Assembly: GCA_021296235.1 (NCBI GenBank) | Contig: JAGWAS010000004.1 | Location: 91,534-155,533, forward strand | Length of the DNA stretch: 64,000 nt | Direction of reading: 5' to 3' | From: Paracoccaceae bacterium | GTDB taxonomy: Bacteria; Pseudomonadota; Alphaproteobacteria; Rhodobacterales; Rhodobacteraceae | Part shown: positions 37,319-47,705 of the stretch, one piece after another | Numbering within the stretch: position 1 is the stretch's first letter | How the letters are laid out: the number at the start of each line of letters is the position of its first letter | Notes under the pieces: generated by a model | Database searches by the model: none | Told to the model about the DNA's origin: nothing | What the model saw: only the letters and a program-made list of their open reading frames with translations | Program-made: the position numbers and the translations under genes

Positions 37319-37886
37319 TCCGCTTGCGGTGGATTTTCCTCGACGGTCTGCCGCCGTCACAACCGCCGCCGGACTGAACAAACTGCGAGCGTCCGACCGC
37401 AGGTCAGTTCGGGAAAACAAATTCCAATTTTTCGGTTTGTGCCGTGAGGAATTGCAAGTGCGATGCGAACGGCATTTCAACGGCAGCCATCAACGTTCCC
37501 GGGCGTCCATATGGCCTTCTGCGGCAAAACCCCAAGATCAAACATCATGGACAAGTTCGTGCGATCGCCCAATGCTTCCTGCAGCTATCCGTTGAGGCAC
37601 CGGCTCATTCGAAACACATCCACGGGGCAACCACAAGCCTTTACATTTCGTTGAAGTCGCTCCGAAAGCCAACGAGCATACGCTTCAAATCGGAAGCCCG
37701 ACATCGGCATATTGCGCGCCTGCTCGACAGAGTGCCGAGAATTTGCGAGGAATGATCGGATGGAATAGGGAGCTTAGTCAAGTTCCCGACATGCTCGGCC
37801 GATTTCTTTGCGCCGAAGAAAGCTGCCTTGCGCATCCCGGTTAACGGGCTGGCGCGGCACCAAATTGGAAGAGTTCGGAATCAAGC

Positions 37887-39356
37887 ATGCGTTTTTTGAG
37901 CCGAAGCCTGCTAGCCCTCTTCCTTTTGGGAGGAACACTGGGCATTCTGGCTGTCGCATTCGACAGCGTTTACTCGGCATTTCAGGAACGGGCATCTCGA
38001 GAAACGCGAAACCGCCCCCAACGGGAACGAATTTACGCGGTCAAGGTGATTCCTGCCGAAATCACCAGCGTCAAGCCTCAGATTAGCACATTCGGTGAAA
38101 CCCGAAGCCGTCGAACCTTGGAGCTTAGAGCGCCAATTGGCGGCATAATTCTGGAACTGTCCCCCAGCTTTGTGGAAGGTGGGGTTCTGGAAAAGGGCGA
38201 CTTCGTGCTGCGTATCGATGCTTCTGAAGCAGAAGCAACATTCCAGTTCGCCCTTGCCGACAGAAACGATGCCGAATCGGAAGTCAAGGAAGCCATCAGG
38301 TCCCATCTGCTGGTGCAGGATGAGTTGGTTGCAGCTGAGGAAAGAGAGGCTCTCCTGAAGAGATCCCTTGACCGGCAGGTCGAGTTGCTGGAACGGGGGG
38401 TCGGCACCAGTGTCGCTGCAGAGACAGCCGAACTTTCACTGTCCTCAGCGAAGCAATCGGTCTTGTCAATTCGCAAGAATGTTGCCCAAGCTGAATTGCG
38501 TGTTGATCAGGCCAAGTCCCGTCTGGCAAGGCGCGAAATCGCATTGGTTGAGGCACAGCGGAAACTGGACGCAACGAGCCTTGAAGCCGAGTTTTCCGGA
38601 GTTCTGAGCGGAATCAGCATTGTTCAGGGCGGGCGGCTTTCGGCCAATGAACGCATTGGGACCTTGATCGACCCGACTGCGCTTGAGGTCGCTTTCCGGG
38701 TTTCAAATACCCAATATCGACGCCTGCTTGATGCCAATGGAAATCTGTTGTCCGTCGACGTCGTCGTGCAACTTGAGCTGTCCGACACGTCAATTTCAAC
38801 AAATGGGCGAATTGTACGTGAAGGAGCGGCAGCTTCGGAGGGCCAAATTGGACGACTCCTCTTTGCGTCAATCGGAAACAGCAGGGAAGTTGGCTTGAAG
38901 CCGGGAGACTTCGTCTCGGTTTCGATAGAGGAACCCGAACTTGGGGGCATCATGAGGCTTCCGGCAACAGCCATCGATTCCTCCGGCCGAATACTGGTTC
39001 TGGACGATGACAACCGACTTGAAGATGCGGATGTCGAATTGCTTCGTCGCTTGGGGGACGAGATAGTTGTGCGGGGACGGGGTCTGCGCGACCGCATGAT
39101 AGTGGCCGAGCGGACGCCCCTTCTGGGCGTCGGAATAAAGGTCAAGCCAATTCTGCCGGAGCAAGATGGCATCACGGCACAGGACAAACCGGAAATGATC
39201 GCCCTGAGCGCAGAAGAGCGAGACAAACTCATTGCCATGGTTGAATCCAACAGCTTCATGCCTGCGAGGGCCAAAGCAAGAGTTATTGAGCAATTGAAGA
39301 AGCCTGAAGTTCCTGCTGCCGTTCTTGATCGGCTTGGGTCGCGGGCGGGTGGATGA
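37887..39356 (+). CDS. efflux RND transporter periplasmic adaptor (MFP/HlyD family)
   Basis: An N-terminal membrane anchor MRFLSRSLLALFLLGGTLGILAVAF, then barrel-sandwich and coiled-coil hairpin segments. It lies immediately upstream of an RND permease. Confidence 0.8.
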   Translation: MRFLSRSLLALFLLGGTLGILAVAFDSVYSAFQERASRETRNRPQRERIYAVKVIPAEITSVKPQISTFGETRSRRTLELRAPIGGIILELSPSFVEGGVLEKGDFVLRIDASEAEATFQFALADRNDAESEVKEAIRSHLLVQDELVAAEEREALLKRSLDRQVELLERGVGTSVAAETAELSLSSAKQSVLSIRKNVAQAELRVDQAKSRLARREIALVEAQRKLDATSLEAEFSGVLSGISIVQGGRLSANERIGTLIDPTALEVAFRVSNTQYRRLLDANGNLLSVDVVVQLELSDTSISTNGRIVREGAAASEGQIGRLLFASIGNSREVGLKPGDFVSVSIEEPELGGIMRLPATAIDSSGRILVLDDDNRLEDADVELLRRLGDEIVVRGRGLRDRMIVAERTPLLGVGIKVKPILPEQDGITAQDKPEMIALSAEERDKLIAMVESNSFMPARAKARVIEQLKKPEVPAAVLDRLGSRAGG

Positions 39357-39357
39357 G

Positions 39358-42300
39358 ATGACCGAGCGCGGCTGGAGGAATTCCCTTTTTGTGCCGATGG
39401 TTTCCTATTTTACCAGGCACCGCACTGCAGCGAACCTCATCATGGTTCTTGTGATCGCGCTTGGTGCCTTGTCCTATTCGCAGATTCGATCACAGTTCTT
39501 CCCCGATGTGATCATTGAAAATGTCAATGTAACTGTCGCGTGGGAGGGCGCAGGCGCGGAAGACATAGACTATGCGATTGTCCAGTTGCTCGAGCCGACA
39601 CTTTTGGCGGTGGAAGGCGTTGTGTCGACTTCGTCCGAGTCCAGCGAAGGCATTGCCAGGATCACGCTGGAATTTGAGCCAGGATGGGACATGAAGCGCG
39701 GAACAGATGAAGTTCGCGCAACCGTTGACGCAACGGCTGACCTTCCCGAAGGCGCCGAAGAGCCGAATGTCCGGCAAAGCGCGTGGCGCGACCGCGTAAC
39801 CGACATCGTCATCACAGGTCCCGTATCGGTTGATCTGCTTAGCAAGTATGCCGACGAGTTCGTTGTCCGGCTTTTTGGTGCCGGCGTAACGCGTTCCACG
39901 ATTCGAGGCATTGAAGCTCCACTAACCGTGGTGGAGGTGCGGGAGCGGGAACTTATCCGCAACGACATTTCGCTGGGCGACATTGCATTGGCAATAGGTG
40001 AGGAGGCCAAAGTCGACCCCGCCGGAGAAATATCGGGTGTTGCAGCCAGAGTCCGAACCGGAGTCGAAAAGAGAACCGTTGAGGAAATAGAATCCATTGC
40101 GCTGCGGGCGCTGCCGGATGGATCCAAGCTGTTCGTGGGGGATATTGGACGCGTTGTTGTCGAAGGCGCAGACCGGCGCCGAGCTTACTATGTGGGTGAA
40201 AATCCCGCTGTGTCGATCAGGATCGACCGCTCGGACCGGGGCGATGCAATCGCCTTGCAACGGCAAGTCGAAGAGGTCGCCGAAGACATGGCACTGGAAT
40301 TGCCCGAAGGCGTTGCCATTGACTTGATCAGGACACGTGCGGAAGCGATCACGGGCCGACTGAAGATCCTGTTTGAAAACGGTGCCCTGGGCCTGCTGCT
40401 CGTGCTGGTCCTCCTGTTTCTCTTCCTGAATGCCCGGACCGCCTTTTGGGTGGCGGCGGGAATCCCGACGGCAATGATGGCGACAATTGCGATGATGTAT
40501 GCCTTCGGGTTAACGATCAACATGATTTCGCTGTTTGCGCTGATCATCTGTTTGGGGATGGTCGTCGACGATGCAATCGTGGTGGGCGAACATGCAGATT
40601 TTCGGGCACGGCACTTGGGAGAACCGCCGGAGGTCGCAGCCGAAAATGCTGCGTCGAGGATGTTCGCGCCCGTGTTTGCGGCAACCGTAACAACGATCAT
40701 CGCATTTTACTCGATTATAACGGTTGGCGGTCGCTTCGGTTCCCTGCTTTCGGACTTGCCGTTTACGGTAATGGTTGTCCTGACCGCGTCGCTGCTTGAG
40801 TGCTTCATCATCCTTCCGAACCATATGAAGCATGCGCTGGCGCATTCGGCGAAAAGGCACTGGTACGACGTCCCAAGCATGGTTTTCAATCGCGGGTTCC
40901 GATGGTTCCGCGACAGGATCTTTCGTCGATTCATCGCCGGCGTCGTTGCGTTTCGCTACCCCGTCATTGCCGGAGCTGTACTGCTTCTGGCCAGCCAAGC
41001 TGTTCTCGTGGTCAACGGCGATGTGTCGTGGCGCTTCTTCAATGCGCCAGAGCGCGGTTCGGTTGGCGGCAACTTCGCAATGCTGCCCGGCGCGTCCCGG
41101 TCGGATACCCTCGAAGTGATGAGCGAATTGCAGCGGGCAACCCAGGTCGTCAGCAAAAATTTGGAAGCGGAATACGGAGTGAACCCTGTCGCCTATGTTC
41201 TGGCGGAGGTCGGTGGCAACACCGGCAGAGGCCTTTCAGGCTCATCGACGAAAGACAGAGATTTGCTCGGCTCGATAGCGATAGAGTTGATTGACGCCGA
41301 TCTTCGACCTTATTCGTCTTTTGAATTCGTCGCAGAATTGCAGAACGAGGTTCGCCGACACCCCCTGCTGGAAACGCTGAGCTTCCGGGGCTGGCGAGGT
41401 GGACCGGGAGGCGACGCGCTGAGCGTGGAATTTTACGGCGCATCAGCAAATGTCCTGAAGGATGCGGCCGAAGCGCTGAAGGCTGAACTGGCCCAATACC
41501 CTGAGGTTTCAGCGGTCGAGGACGACCTTGCCTACGACAAAGCGGACCTCATTCTCGAATTGCGTCCACAGGGCAAGGCACTGGGATTCACGATTGATGG
41601 GATTGCACGGATTCTAAAGAACCGGCTGGGGGGCGTAACAGCGGCCTCATTCCCGCTTGGAACCCGGACAAGCGAGATCCGCGTCAGGCTTCCAGATGGC
41701 GAGCTTACGGCCGACTTCCTCGAAAGAACATTCGTAAGGACGCTCTCCGGCGAATACGTTCCCCTGGCCGACATTGTTGAAGTTGAACAGCAATCAGGGT
41801 TTTCGACTGTCCGGCGGCAAAACGGAATTCGGTTGGTATCAATAACGGGAGACATTTCTGAGGATGATCCGCAACGGGCGGAGGAAATTTCCACGGCGCT
41901 TGAAGAAGGGATCATTCCCGAAATAGAGGAAAGGTTCGGCGTATCCTCCAATTTTTCCGGATTGGCTGAACAGGAGCGTGATTTTCTGGCGGATGCACGG
42001 TTTGGTTTTTCTGTTTGCATGATCGGCATTTACCTGACGCTTGCTTGGATATTCTCAAGCTGGACCCGTCCGATTATCGTTGTTGCCATCATACCGTTTG
42101 GGCTGATTGGCGCCATTCACGGCCACTTGCTGTGGGATGTTCCGCTGTCCATTTTTTCAGTGATCGGACTGATCGGATTGTCCGGGATCATCATCAACGA
42201 TTCAATCGTCCTTGTGTCGACTGTGGACGAGTATGCGAAAAGGAAAGGGTTAATTCCCTCTATCGTGGAGGCTGCGTCCGACCGCCTGCGACCCGTACTG

Positions 42301-42774
42301 CTGACTACGCTGACAACTGTATTGGGGCTTACACCGCTCCTGTATGAAACTTCCCAGCAGGCGAGCTTTCTGAAACCAACCGTGATAACGCTCTGTTATG
42401 GGCTTGGCTTCGGTCTTGCTCTCGTTTTGCTGGTTGTACCTTCGATGCTTGCCGTGCACGCCGATATCGCTATGCGCTTCGCCTCGCTCAGAAGAGCCCT
42501 GCAATCAAAAAGAAGCGGAAATGCCGTGTTTGCTCCGGTTCTCGTCGCTGCGACGGTAGGTGCCGCACTTTTTCTCACAACAGTTGGGCACGTGGTGGCA
42601 TTCGGCAAATTGCCAGTTGGTTTGGACAGTCTTGTGCCGCCAGGAATTCCGATCGAGGTATTCGCTCTTGCGGCTTTCGTCGCCGGTTTTGCAATTGTCT
42701 GCCTTGTTGCCTGCTTGTTTGGTTGGCTTCTCGCGTCCTTCTCCAAAAGGTGGCGGCGGCGCGCTTTGGGGTAG
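39358..42774 (+). CDS. RND efflux permease (AcrB/HAE-type) with C-terminal extension
   Basis: ATG at 39358, 1 nt after the MFP stop. 12-TM/2-loop RND layout. The TM4 motif GMVVDDAIVVGEH is AcrB-like, not CzcA-like. About 90 extra C-terminal residues carry two more hydrophobic segments. Confidence 0.85.
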   Translation: MTERGWRNSLFVPMVSYFTRHRTAANLIMVLVIALGALSYSQIRSQFFPDVIIENVNVTVAWEGAGAEDIDYAIVQLLEPTLLAVEGVVSTSSESSEGIARITLEFEPGWDMKRGTDEVRATVDATADLPEGAEEPNVRQSAWRDRVTDIVITGPVSVDLLSKYADEFVVRLFGAGVTRSTIRGIEAPLTVVEVRERELIRNDISLGDIALAIGEEAKVDPAGEISGVAARVRTGVEKRTVEEIESIALRALPDGSKLFVGDIGRVVVEGADRRRAYYVGENPAVSIRIDRSDRGDAIALQRQVEEVAEDMALELPEGVAIDLIRTRAEAITGRLKILFENGALGLLLVLVLLFLFLNARTAFWVAAGIPTAMMATIAMMYAFGLTINMISLFALIICLGMVVDDAIVVGEHADFRARHLGEPPEVAAENAASRMFAPVFAATVTTIIAFYSIITVGGRFGSLLSDLPFTVMVVLTASLLECFIILPNHMKHALAHSAKRHWYDVPSMVFNRGFRWFRDRIFRRFIAGVVAFRYPVIAGAVLLLASQAVLVVNGDVSWRFFNAPERGSVGGNFAMLPGASRSDTLEVMSELQRATQVVSKNLEAEYGVNPVAYVLAEVGGNTGRGLSGSSTKDRDLLGSIAIELIDADLRPYSSFEFVAELQNEVRRHPLLETLSFRGWRGGPGGDALSVEFYGASANVLKDAAEALKAELAQYPEVSAVEDDLAYDKADLILELRPQGKALGFTIDGIARILKNRLGGVTAASFPLGTRTSEIRVRLPDGELTADFLERTFVRTLSGEYVPLADIVEVEQQSGFSTVRRQNGIRLVSITGDISEDDPQRAEEISTALEEGIIPEIEERFGVSSNFSGLAEQERDFLADARFGFSVCMIGIYLTLAWIFSSWTRPIIVVAIIPFGLIGAIHGHLLWDVPLSIFSVIGLIGLSGIIINDSIVLVSTVDEYAKRKGLIPSIVEAASDRLRPVLLTTLTTVLGLTPLLYETSQQASFLKPTVITLCYGLGFGLALVLLVVPSMLAVHADIAMRFASLRRALQSKRSGNAVFAPVLVAATVGAALFLTTVGHVVAFGKLPVGLDSLVPPGIPIEVFALAAFVAGFAIVCLVACLFGWLLASFSKRWRRRALG

Positions 42775-43078
42775 TCTGCCATTGTCGAAGTCGAGACACC
42801 CGAAACTGCCCAACTGTGCCGTTCCTGTGATCATCCATCCGACTGTGGCGCTGACTCTGGCAGTTGAATCCAAGGCTTTTTGCCACAGGCGCAGAATTGC
42901 TTTGACCCTGCCAGGACAGTGTTTGTCGGCGTTGAGGTCTGATCGCGCAGACCACGGTCGATGCGGCGGGCAGGTCTTACGGCTTTGGCTGGATCATGCC
43001 CCATCACGAGACCCAAAACCGCACGCTCCAGGCAGTGAATACCCCGACCGGCGAATACCCTGCCGCTGACACTATCCG

Positions 43079-43927
43079 TCAGCCCAATCTGTATTGCCTT
43101 GCCTTGTTTCTCAGGAAAGGCAATCCGCGATCCATGACTTCCTCAAAGTTCTCGGCAACCGGTCGCCAGACCGAAAGGCCGTAGGCGACTTCCGGTGGCA
43201 TGTTAATGAAGCTCTCCATTGCCAGACCACCGCTGAATTCAATCGCCGCCAAGGCAGCAAACACCTCATCCCAGTCGCAGCAGCCTTCACCCGGTGTCCC
43301 GCGGTCGCTCTCGGAGAGATGGATGTACTCAATGTGCTCACGCGAATCGAGGATTCCATTGGCTGCACCCTTTTCTTCAATGTTCATGTGATAGGTGTCC
43401 AAATGCACGAACAAATTGTCGCTTCCGATCCTCTCAATTAATTGAACTGCCTGGCGGGCGGTGTTGATCAGGTGGGATTCGTAACGGTTGACCGGTTCAA
43501 TCCCGAACCGCAATCCAAGCGACCTTGCATAAGCATCGGCCTTCCCGATCGCCTGCGCGACATTATCAAGTTCGCGCTGCGTGGGAGGTTCTCCTGTGCG
43601 TTCACCAATTCCACCGTAGGTTACGCCGGAAAGGGCCTCTGCACCCAGTGCCTTTGCCTTGTCGAGGGCTGTTTTAAGATGATCAATGGCCCCTTCGGGA
43701 TTGACCGATGCCCAAACCGGTTGAGGAAGGCCAAGTGAGCAAACGGCCCCCAGACCACTGTGTTCCAGCAGATGTCGGGTGTGCTCGGCGTCAACCGCCG
43801 GAGGATTCAGGAGCGGGATTTCAATGAAATCCAACTTGTATTCAATTGCGGCGGCAACAGTCCTTTCGGCCCCGCTGCGGTCCCAGCTCATGGTCCACAT
43901 GCTGGCATGAACTCCAAATCCCTTCAT
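43079..43927 (-). CDS. sugar-phosphate isomerase/epimerase TIM-barrel protein, D-tagatose/D-psicose 3-epimerase family
   Basis: ATG at 43927 follows AAAGGAGGA. FIEIPLL.., FGIEPVNRYESHLINT and HLDTYHMNIEEKG are metal-ligand motifs of the DTE/DPE family. It is the last gene of the minus-strand ABC operon. Confidence 0.75.
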   Translation of the reverse strand: MKGFGVHASMWTMSWDRSGAERTVAAAIEYKLDFIEIPLLNPPAVDAEHTRHLLEHSGLGAVCSLGLPQPVWASVNPEGAIDHLKTALDKAKALGAEALSGVTYGGIGERTGEPPTQRELDNVAQAIGKADAYARSLGLRFGIEPVNRYESHLINTARQAVQLIERIGSDNLFVHLDTYHMNIEEKGAANGILDSREHIEYIHLSESDRGTPGEGCCDWDEVFAALAAIEFSGGLAMESFINMPPEVAYGLSVWRPVAENFEEVMDRGLPFLRNKARQYRLG

Positions 43928-44024
43928 GTCATCCTCCTTTCCCAACTTGTTGGCTGCCGCTGCCAAATTCCAAGGGCATCTGAGGGCGGCAACCGGTTCC
44001 GCAGCCTATGCGAAGCCACCTCTG

Positions 44025-45023
44025 CTAATGAATTTTCCCCCGTTGGAGAAACGGCAGATTGCCGGCAATCCATCGGGCAGCCATAACCCCGATCAGGAAC
44101 AACCCCCAAACTGCCGTTGAAAGGTGCTGATTGGCACCAAGAAGGTTTAGCCCCGACGACAGCACCTGCAAGATAATGAGGGCAACGAACACCGGCAGCA
44201 CCTTGCCGAACCCTCCGAACGGATCAATTCCACCAAGAAAGCACGCAAGAACCGTAACAAGCAGGAATGCTTCGCCATGGCCAACCCGAACCGAATTGAA
44301 CCTCGCCGCCATCATGATTCCTGCCGCAGCGCAGATCACACCGGAAATCGTGTAAAGCACCGTGATTGTGCGCTTGGTGTGAATCCCCGAATATTCCGAA
44401 GCCTCAATGTTGGACCCAACCATGTAGACCGCAAACCCGTGGCGCGTGCGCCGGAGCATGACATGCCAAACAATTGCTGCGGCACAGAAGATGATCATCG
44501 GAACCGGAATGCCCAGAACCCCGCCATGGCCAATGATGTTCAACTGGTCGGGAAAACCCGAAATGTCGCCTCCCCTGGTCAGGAACTCGCCGAGCCCCCT
44601 CAGGAAGATCATCATGGCAAGCGAAACCAGAATTGGGTGGGCCCCGGTATATGCGATGACCAATCCCATTACCCAGCCGGAGGCAGCTCCAACGGCGATT
44701 GCGGCAGCCATGCCGAATATGAGGGCCATGGTCCCGCCATCCGGACCTCCGAACTTGATCAACGTCCAAGCCAGCGCAAGTCCGGAAATGTTCGCGGTGA
44801 ATATGACGGCAAGATTCAGCCCGCCCGAGAGAATGGGAACAAGCATGGCCAGGGTCAGCAAACCAAGAACCGGAAGTTGAAATGCCATGGAACTGAAATT
44901 CGCAGTCGTGAGAAACCGCGGGGTCGCCATTGAGAATGCGACAACCATGATGAGCAAGAACGCCAGAAGAGGCAGCGACTCGGCGCCAACTTCCGATTGC
45001 AGGCGTCTGTACGCGCCTTTCAT
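44025..45023 (-). CDS. sugar ABC permease (RbsC-like)
   Basis: 332-aa polytopic ORF. Its start overlaps the upstream permease stop (ATGA at 45020-45023). Confidence 0.85.
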   Translation of the reverse strand: MKGAYRRLQSEVGAESLPLLAFLLIMVVAFSMATPRFLTTANFSSMAFQLPVLGLLTLAMLVPILSGGLNLAVIFTANISGLALAWTLIKFGGPDGGTMALIFGMAAAIAVGAASGWVMGLVIAYTGAHPILVSLAMMIFLRGLGEFLTRGGDISGFPDQLNIIGHGGVLGIPVPMIIFCAAAIVWHVMLRRTRHGFAVYMVGSNIEASEYSGIHTKRTITVLYTISGVICAAAGIMMAARFNSVRVGHGEAFLLVTVLACFLGGIDPFGGFGKVLPVFVALIILQVLSSGLNLLGANQHLSTAVWGLFLIGVMAARWIAGNLPFLQRGKIH

Positions 45024-46027
45024 GGGTCGGCCCTGCGGAAGGAACCAGGGGAAATGCCGCGCCAGCGGAATCGCTTGAGTTCCACGGGAACGTTTGAACT
45101 GGAGATTGCAATCAGTATGGCCGCACCAATGATCATCTGGAACGCAAACGGGGAAACACCGAGCAGGTTCAGCCCATTCTGTGTGATTGCGACGAACATC
45201 ACACCGAGAATGCAGCCGAGCACCGTGCCGCGACCTCCACCCAGCCTGGCGCCGCCGAGAACGACGGCGGCAAGCACATCAAGCTCGCGGCCATAGAGGG
45301 CATTCGGAACCACCTCCTTGACGATATTGACCTGCATCAGCCCCGCAATTCCTGCCATGAGGCCCATCCAGCCAAATGCCACGCACTGCATCACCGTAAT
45401 GTTGACGCCTGCCCTTCTTGCACCCTCCGGGTTGTCGCCAAACGCGTAGAGTTGGCGGCCGATGTTGGTGTGTCTGATGAGAAAAGCTGTCGCCGCCACG
45501 CAGACCACCATGACGGCCACCGCAAGATTGAGTTCAGACCAGGTTCCGGTGGCCGATTGGTGCTCGAAAATGAATATCCGGTCGGTCCACCAATCCGGCA
45601 AATTGTAGATGAAACGCCCTTTGGAGAAGAACATCAGGAGCCCGAAATAGGCGTTGAATGTTGCTATTGTGATGACGATCGAAATTATGCGGAAGCCATG
45701 AATGAGGACAGCATTGACAAGGCCAAGAACGATTCCGAGCCCCCCGCAAACAATGAATCCAATCAGCCAGTTTCCGCCGCCCAGGGCCTGAAAGCAGAAA
45801 ACTGCAACATATTGCACAACCGACGCCGCCACAGCGAAGGAAATGTCGATCCCGCCTGCAATCAGAACCACCAGCAAGCCAACCGCCCAAATGAGGTTGA
45901 CCGCGTTGTTGTTGAGGAGCGAGGTCAGGTTGCCGAGCGTCAGGAACTGGTCGGAAGCAAGGGACAAACCGAATATCATCAGGACCAAAACAACCAAAAG
46001 CCGGGACTCAATTGAATTCAGGCGCAT
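45020..46027 (-). CDS. sugar ABC permease (RbsC-like)
   Basis: Polytopic ORF. ATG at 46027 (MRLNSIESRLLVVLVLMIFG...) is preferred over the upstream ATG at 46096, which adds a non-membrane leader with no RBS. Confidence 0.8.
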   Translation of the reverse strand: MRLNSIESRLLVVLVLMIFGLSLASDQFLTLGNLTSLLNNNAVNLIWAVGLLVVLIAGGIDISFAVAASVVQYVAVFCFQALGGGNWLIGFIVCGGLGIVLGLVNAVLIHGFRIISIVITIATFNAYFGLLMFFSKGRFIYNLPDWWTDRIFIFEHQSATGTWSELNLAVAVMVVCVAATAFLIRHTNIGRQLYAFGDNPEGARRAGVNITVMQCVAFGWMGLMAGIAGLMQVNIVKEVVPNALYGRELDVLAAVVLGGARLGGGRGTVLGCILGVMFVAITQNGLNLLGVSPFAFQMIIGAAILIAISSSNVPVELKRFRWRGISPGSFRRADP

Positions 46028-46119
46028 TGCTTCAATCCCGGCAGGCCAATGTGGAAGGGAATTGTCCTGACCACCGGCTGCGGACAGCAGCAGCATGCAA
46101 TCGCCGAAACGGCACTTGC

Positions 46120-47628
46120 CTACGCGTAGATGCGCTGTTCAAGTTCTTCAGCACTTGTCGCCCTTGGGTCGTACTCTCCGGCAATTCGGCCATCGATGAT
46201 GTGCAGGATCCGGTCGGAGTTCAACAGCACCTCCAAAACTTCATCGGAGATCAACAATATCGCAATCCCCTGATCCGCAAGTTCCCTCACTATTTCGAAG
46301 ATTCCGGCGCGCGCGCCCACATCAACGCCAACCGTCGGACTGTCCAATATCAGCAGCTTCGGATTTGTCGCCAGCCATTTGGCAAGGACAACCCGCTGCT
46401 GATTGCCACCCGACAGCGTCAGGATTGCATGGTCCGCATGTCCGATCTTGACGGCAAGTCTCCCGATCCAGTGATCAACCAGGTTCAGCTGCCGTTGCGG
46501 CGACAGCAATCCGAGTTTTCCGAGAATGCGATCCAACACCGCGATCACGGTATTGTCGGCAATGGACTGTTTCAAAACCAAGCCAAGTCCAAGCCGATCC
46601 TCGGAGACATAGGCGATTCCTTCCCTGATCGCATCTCGTATTGAACGGAGGCGAATTCGCTTGCCGTTCAGCCGGACTGCTCCCGCTTCCGGCCTGGTCA
46701 TTCCGATGAGCGCGTGCGCAAGCTCAGTGCGGCCTGCACCTATCAGTCCTGTCATGCCCACGACCTCACCTGCGCGGATGGTCAGGTTCACGTTTTCGAA
46801 CTCCCCGGAACGCCCCAGATTCTCCACTTCAAGCACTGCCGGCGAGGAGGAACGGTCCCGGGCCGACATCCCCTGCTCAAACCTGGCGCCGGTCATCAGT
46901 TCCCCCAGACGCGCCTGCGTCATACCGGCGGTGGGAAAGACACCGACGAGTTTTCCGTCCCGCAGCACCGTAACCCGCGAAGAGATTTCGAGCACTTCGG
47001 CAAGCCTGTGGCTGACAAAAACCACGGCAACCCCCTGTCGGGACAAAGTCCGCACGACCTCAAGCAGCCTGGAAGTTTCACTTTGGGACAGCGAAGAGGT
47101 TGGTTCATCCATGAAGAGCAACTTTGCGTTGCCCATAAGGGCGCGAGCTATCGCGACAATCTGCCTTTGCGCAATGGGAAGGGAATTGAGACTGGAATTT
47201 AGGTCAATTGATACGCCGAGCCGGGCAAGAACCGCTTCTGCCCGCTGATGGATGCCGCGAATCCACACCGCCCTCGGCCTTGTTCCGACCAATTCATCAA
47301 AGGCAATGTTCTCGGCGACCGTCATGTGCGGAAACAGGGCCAGATCCTGCCAGATCACCTCAATACCGAGCGACCTTGCAAGATTGGGCGTCATGACATC
47401 GAACCTTCGGCCGAATATTTCAATCCTTGCCCCGGGCGCAGGCGAATAAACACCGGTTACGATCTTGATAAGGGTGCTTTTGCCGCAGCCATTTTCACCG
47501 GAAAGGCAATGAATCTCACCCTCTTGGACATCAAATGACACCGCATTCAATGCCTGAACGCCGCCGAACACCTTCGAAACGCCGCCCAGCTTCAGCGCCA
47601 GCGGCTTTAATTCAGGTTTGTCGGGCAT
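46120..47628 (-). CDS. sugar ABC transporter ATP-binding protein, duplicated cassette (RbsA-like)
   Basis: Two cassettes (GENGCGKST / GLIGAGRTE; LSGGNQQR signature). ATG at 47628 was chosen because the TTG at 47688 would place a 12-bp hairpin inside the CDS. Confidence 0.9.
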   Translation of the reverse strand: MPDKPELKPLALKLGGVSKVFGGVQALNAVSFDVQEGEIHCLSGENGCGKSTLIKIVTGVYSPAPGARIEIFGRRFDVMTPNLARSLGIEVIWQDLALFPHMTVAENIAFDELVGTRPRAVWIRGIHQRAEAVLARLGVSIDLNSSLNSLPIAQRQIVAIARALMGNAKLLFMDEPTSSLSQSETSRLLEVVRTLSRQGVAVVFVSHRLAEVLEISSRVTVLRDGKLVGVFPTAGMTQARLGELMTGARFEQGMSARDRSSSPAVLEVENLGRSGEFENVNLTIRAGEVVGMTGLIGAGRTELAHALIGMTRPEAGAVRLNGKRIRLRSIRDAIREGIAYVSEDRLGLGLVLKQSIADNTVIAVLDRILGKLGLLSPQRQLNLVDHWIGRLAVKIGHADHAILTLSGGNQQRVVLAKWLATNPKLLILDSPTVGVDVGARAGIFEIVRELADQGIAILLISDEVLEVLLNSDRILHIIDGRIAGEYDPRATSAEELEQRIYA

Positions 47629-47654
47629 TCGGGATTCGAGGGTTCCTAGCAATT

Positions 47655-47685
47655 CCGCCGCAACGGCAATGCTCCGTTGCGGCGG
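47655..47685 (-). other. perfect 12-bp stem-loop between SBP and ATPase genes
   Basis: ccgccgcaacgg (47655-47666) pairs with ccgttgcggcgg (47674-47685) across a 7-nt loop, flanked by aatt on both sides. It lies 20 nt downstream of the SBP stop on the minus strand. Confidence 0.65.
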
Positions 47686-47705
47686 CAATTATGTGTCCAA
47701 AAGGG

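Noticed and set aside
37319-37886. A possible TetR-type regulator or other gene in the 570-bp region upstream of the MFP gene.
   Set aside because: All six frames give only short, mutually interrupted ORFs (e.g. 37641-37835 minus) with no HTH motif. I could not identify any family.
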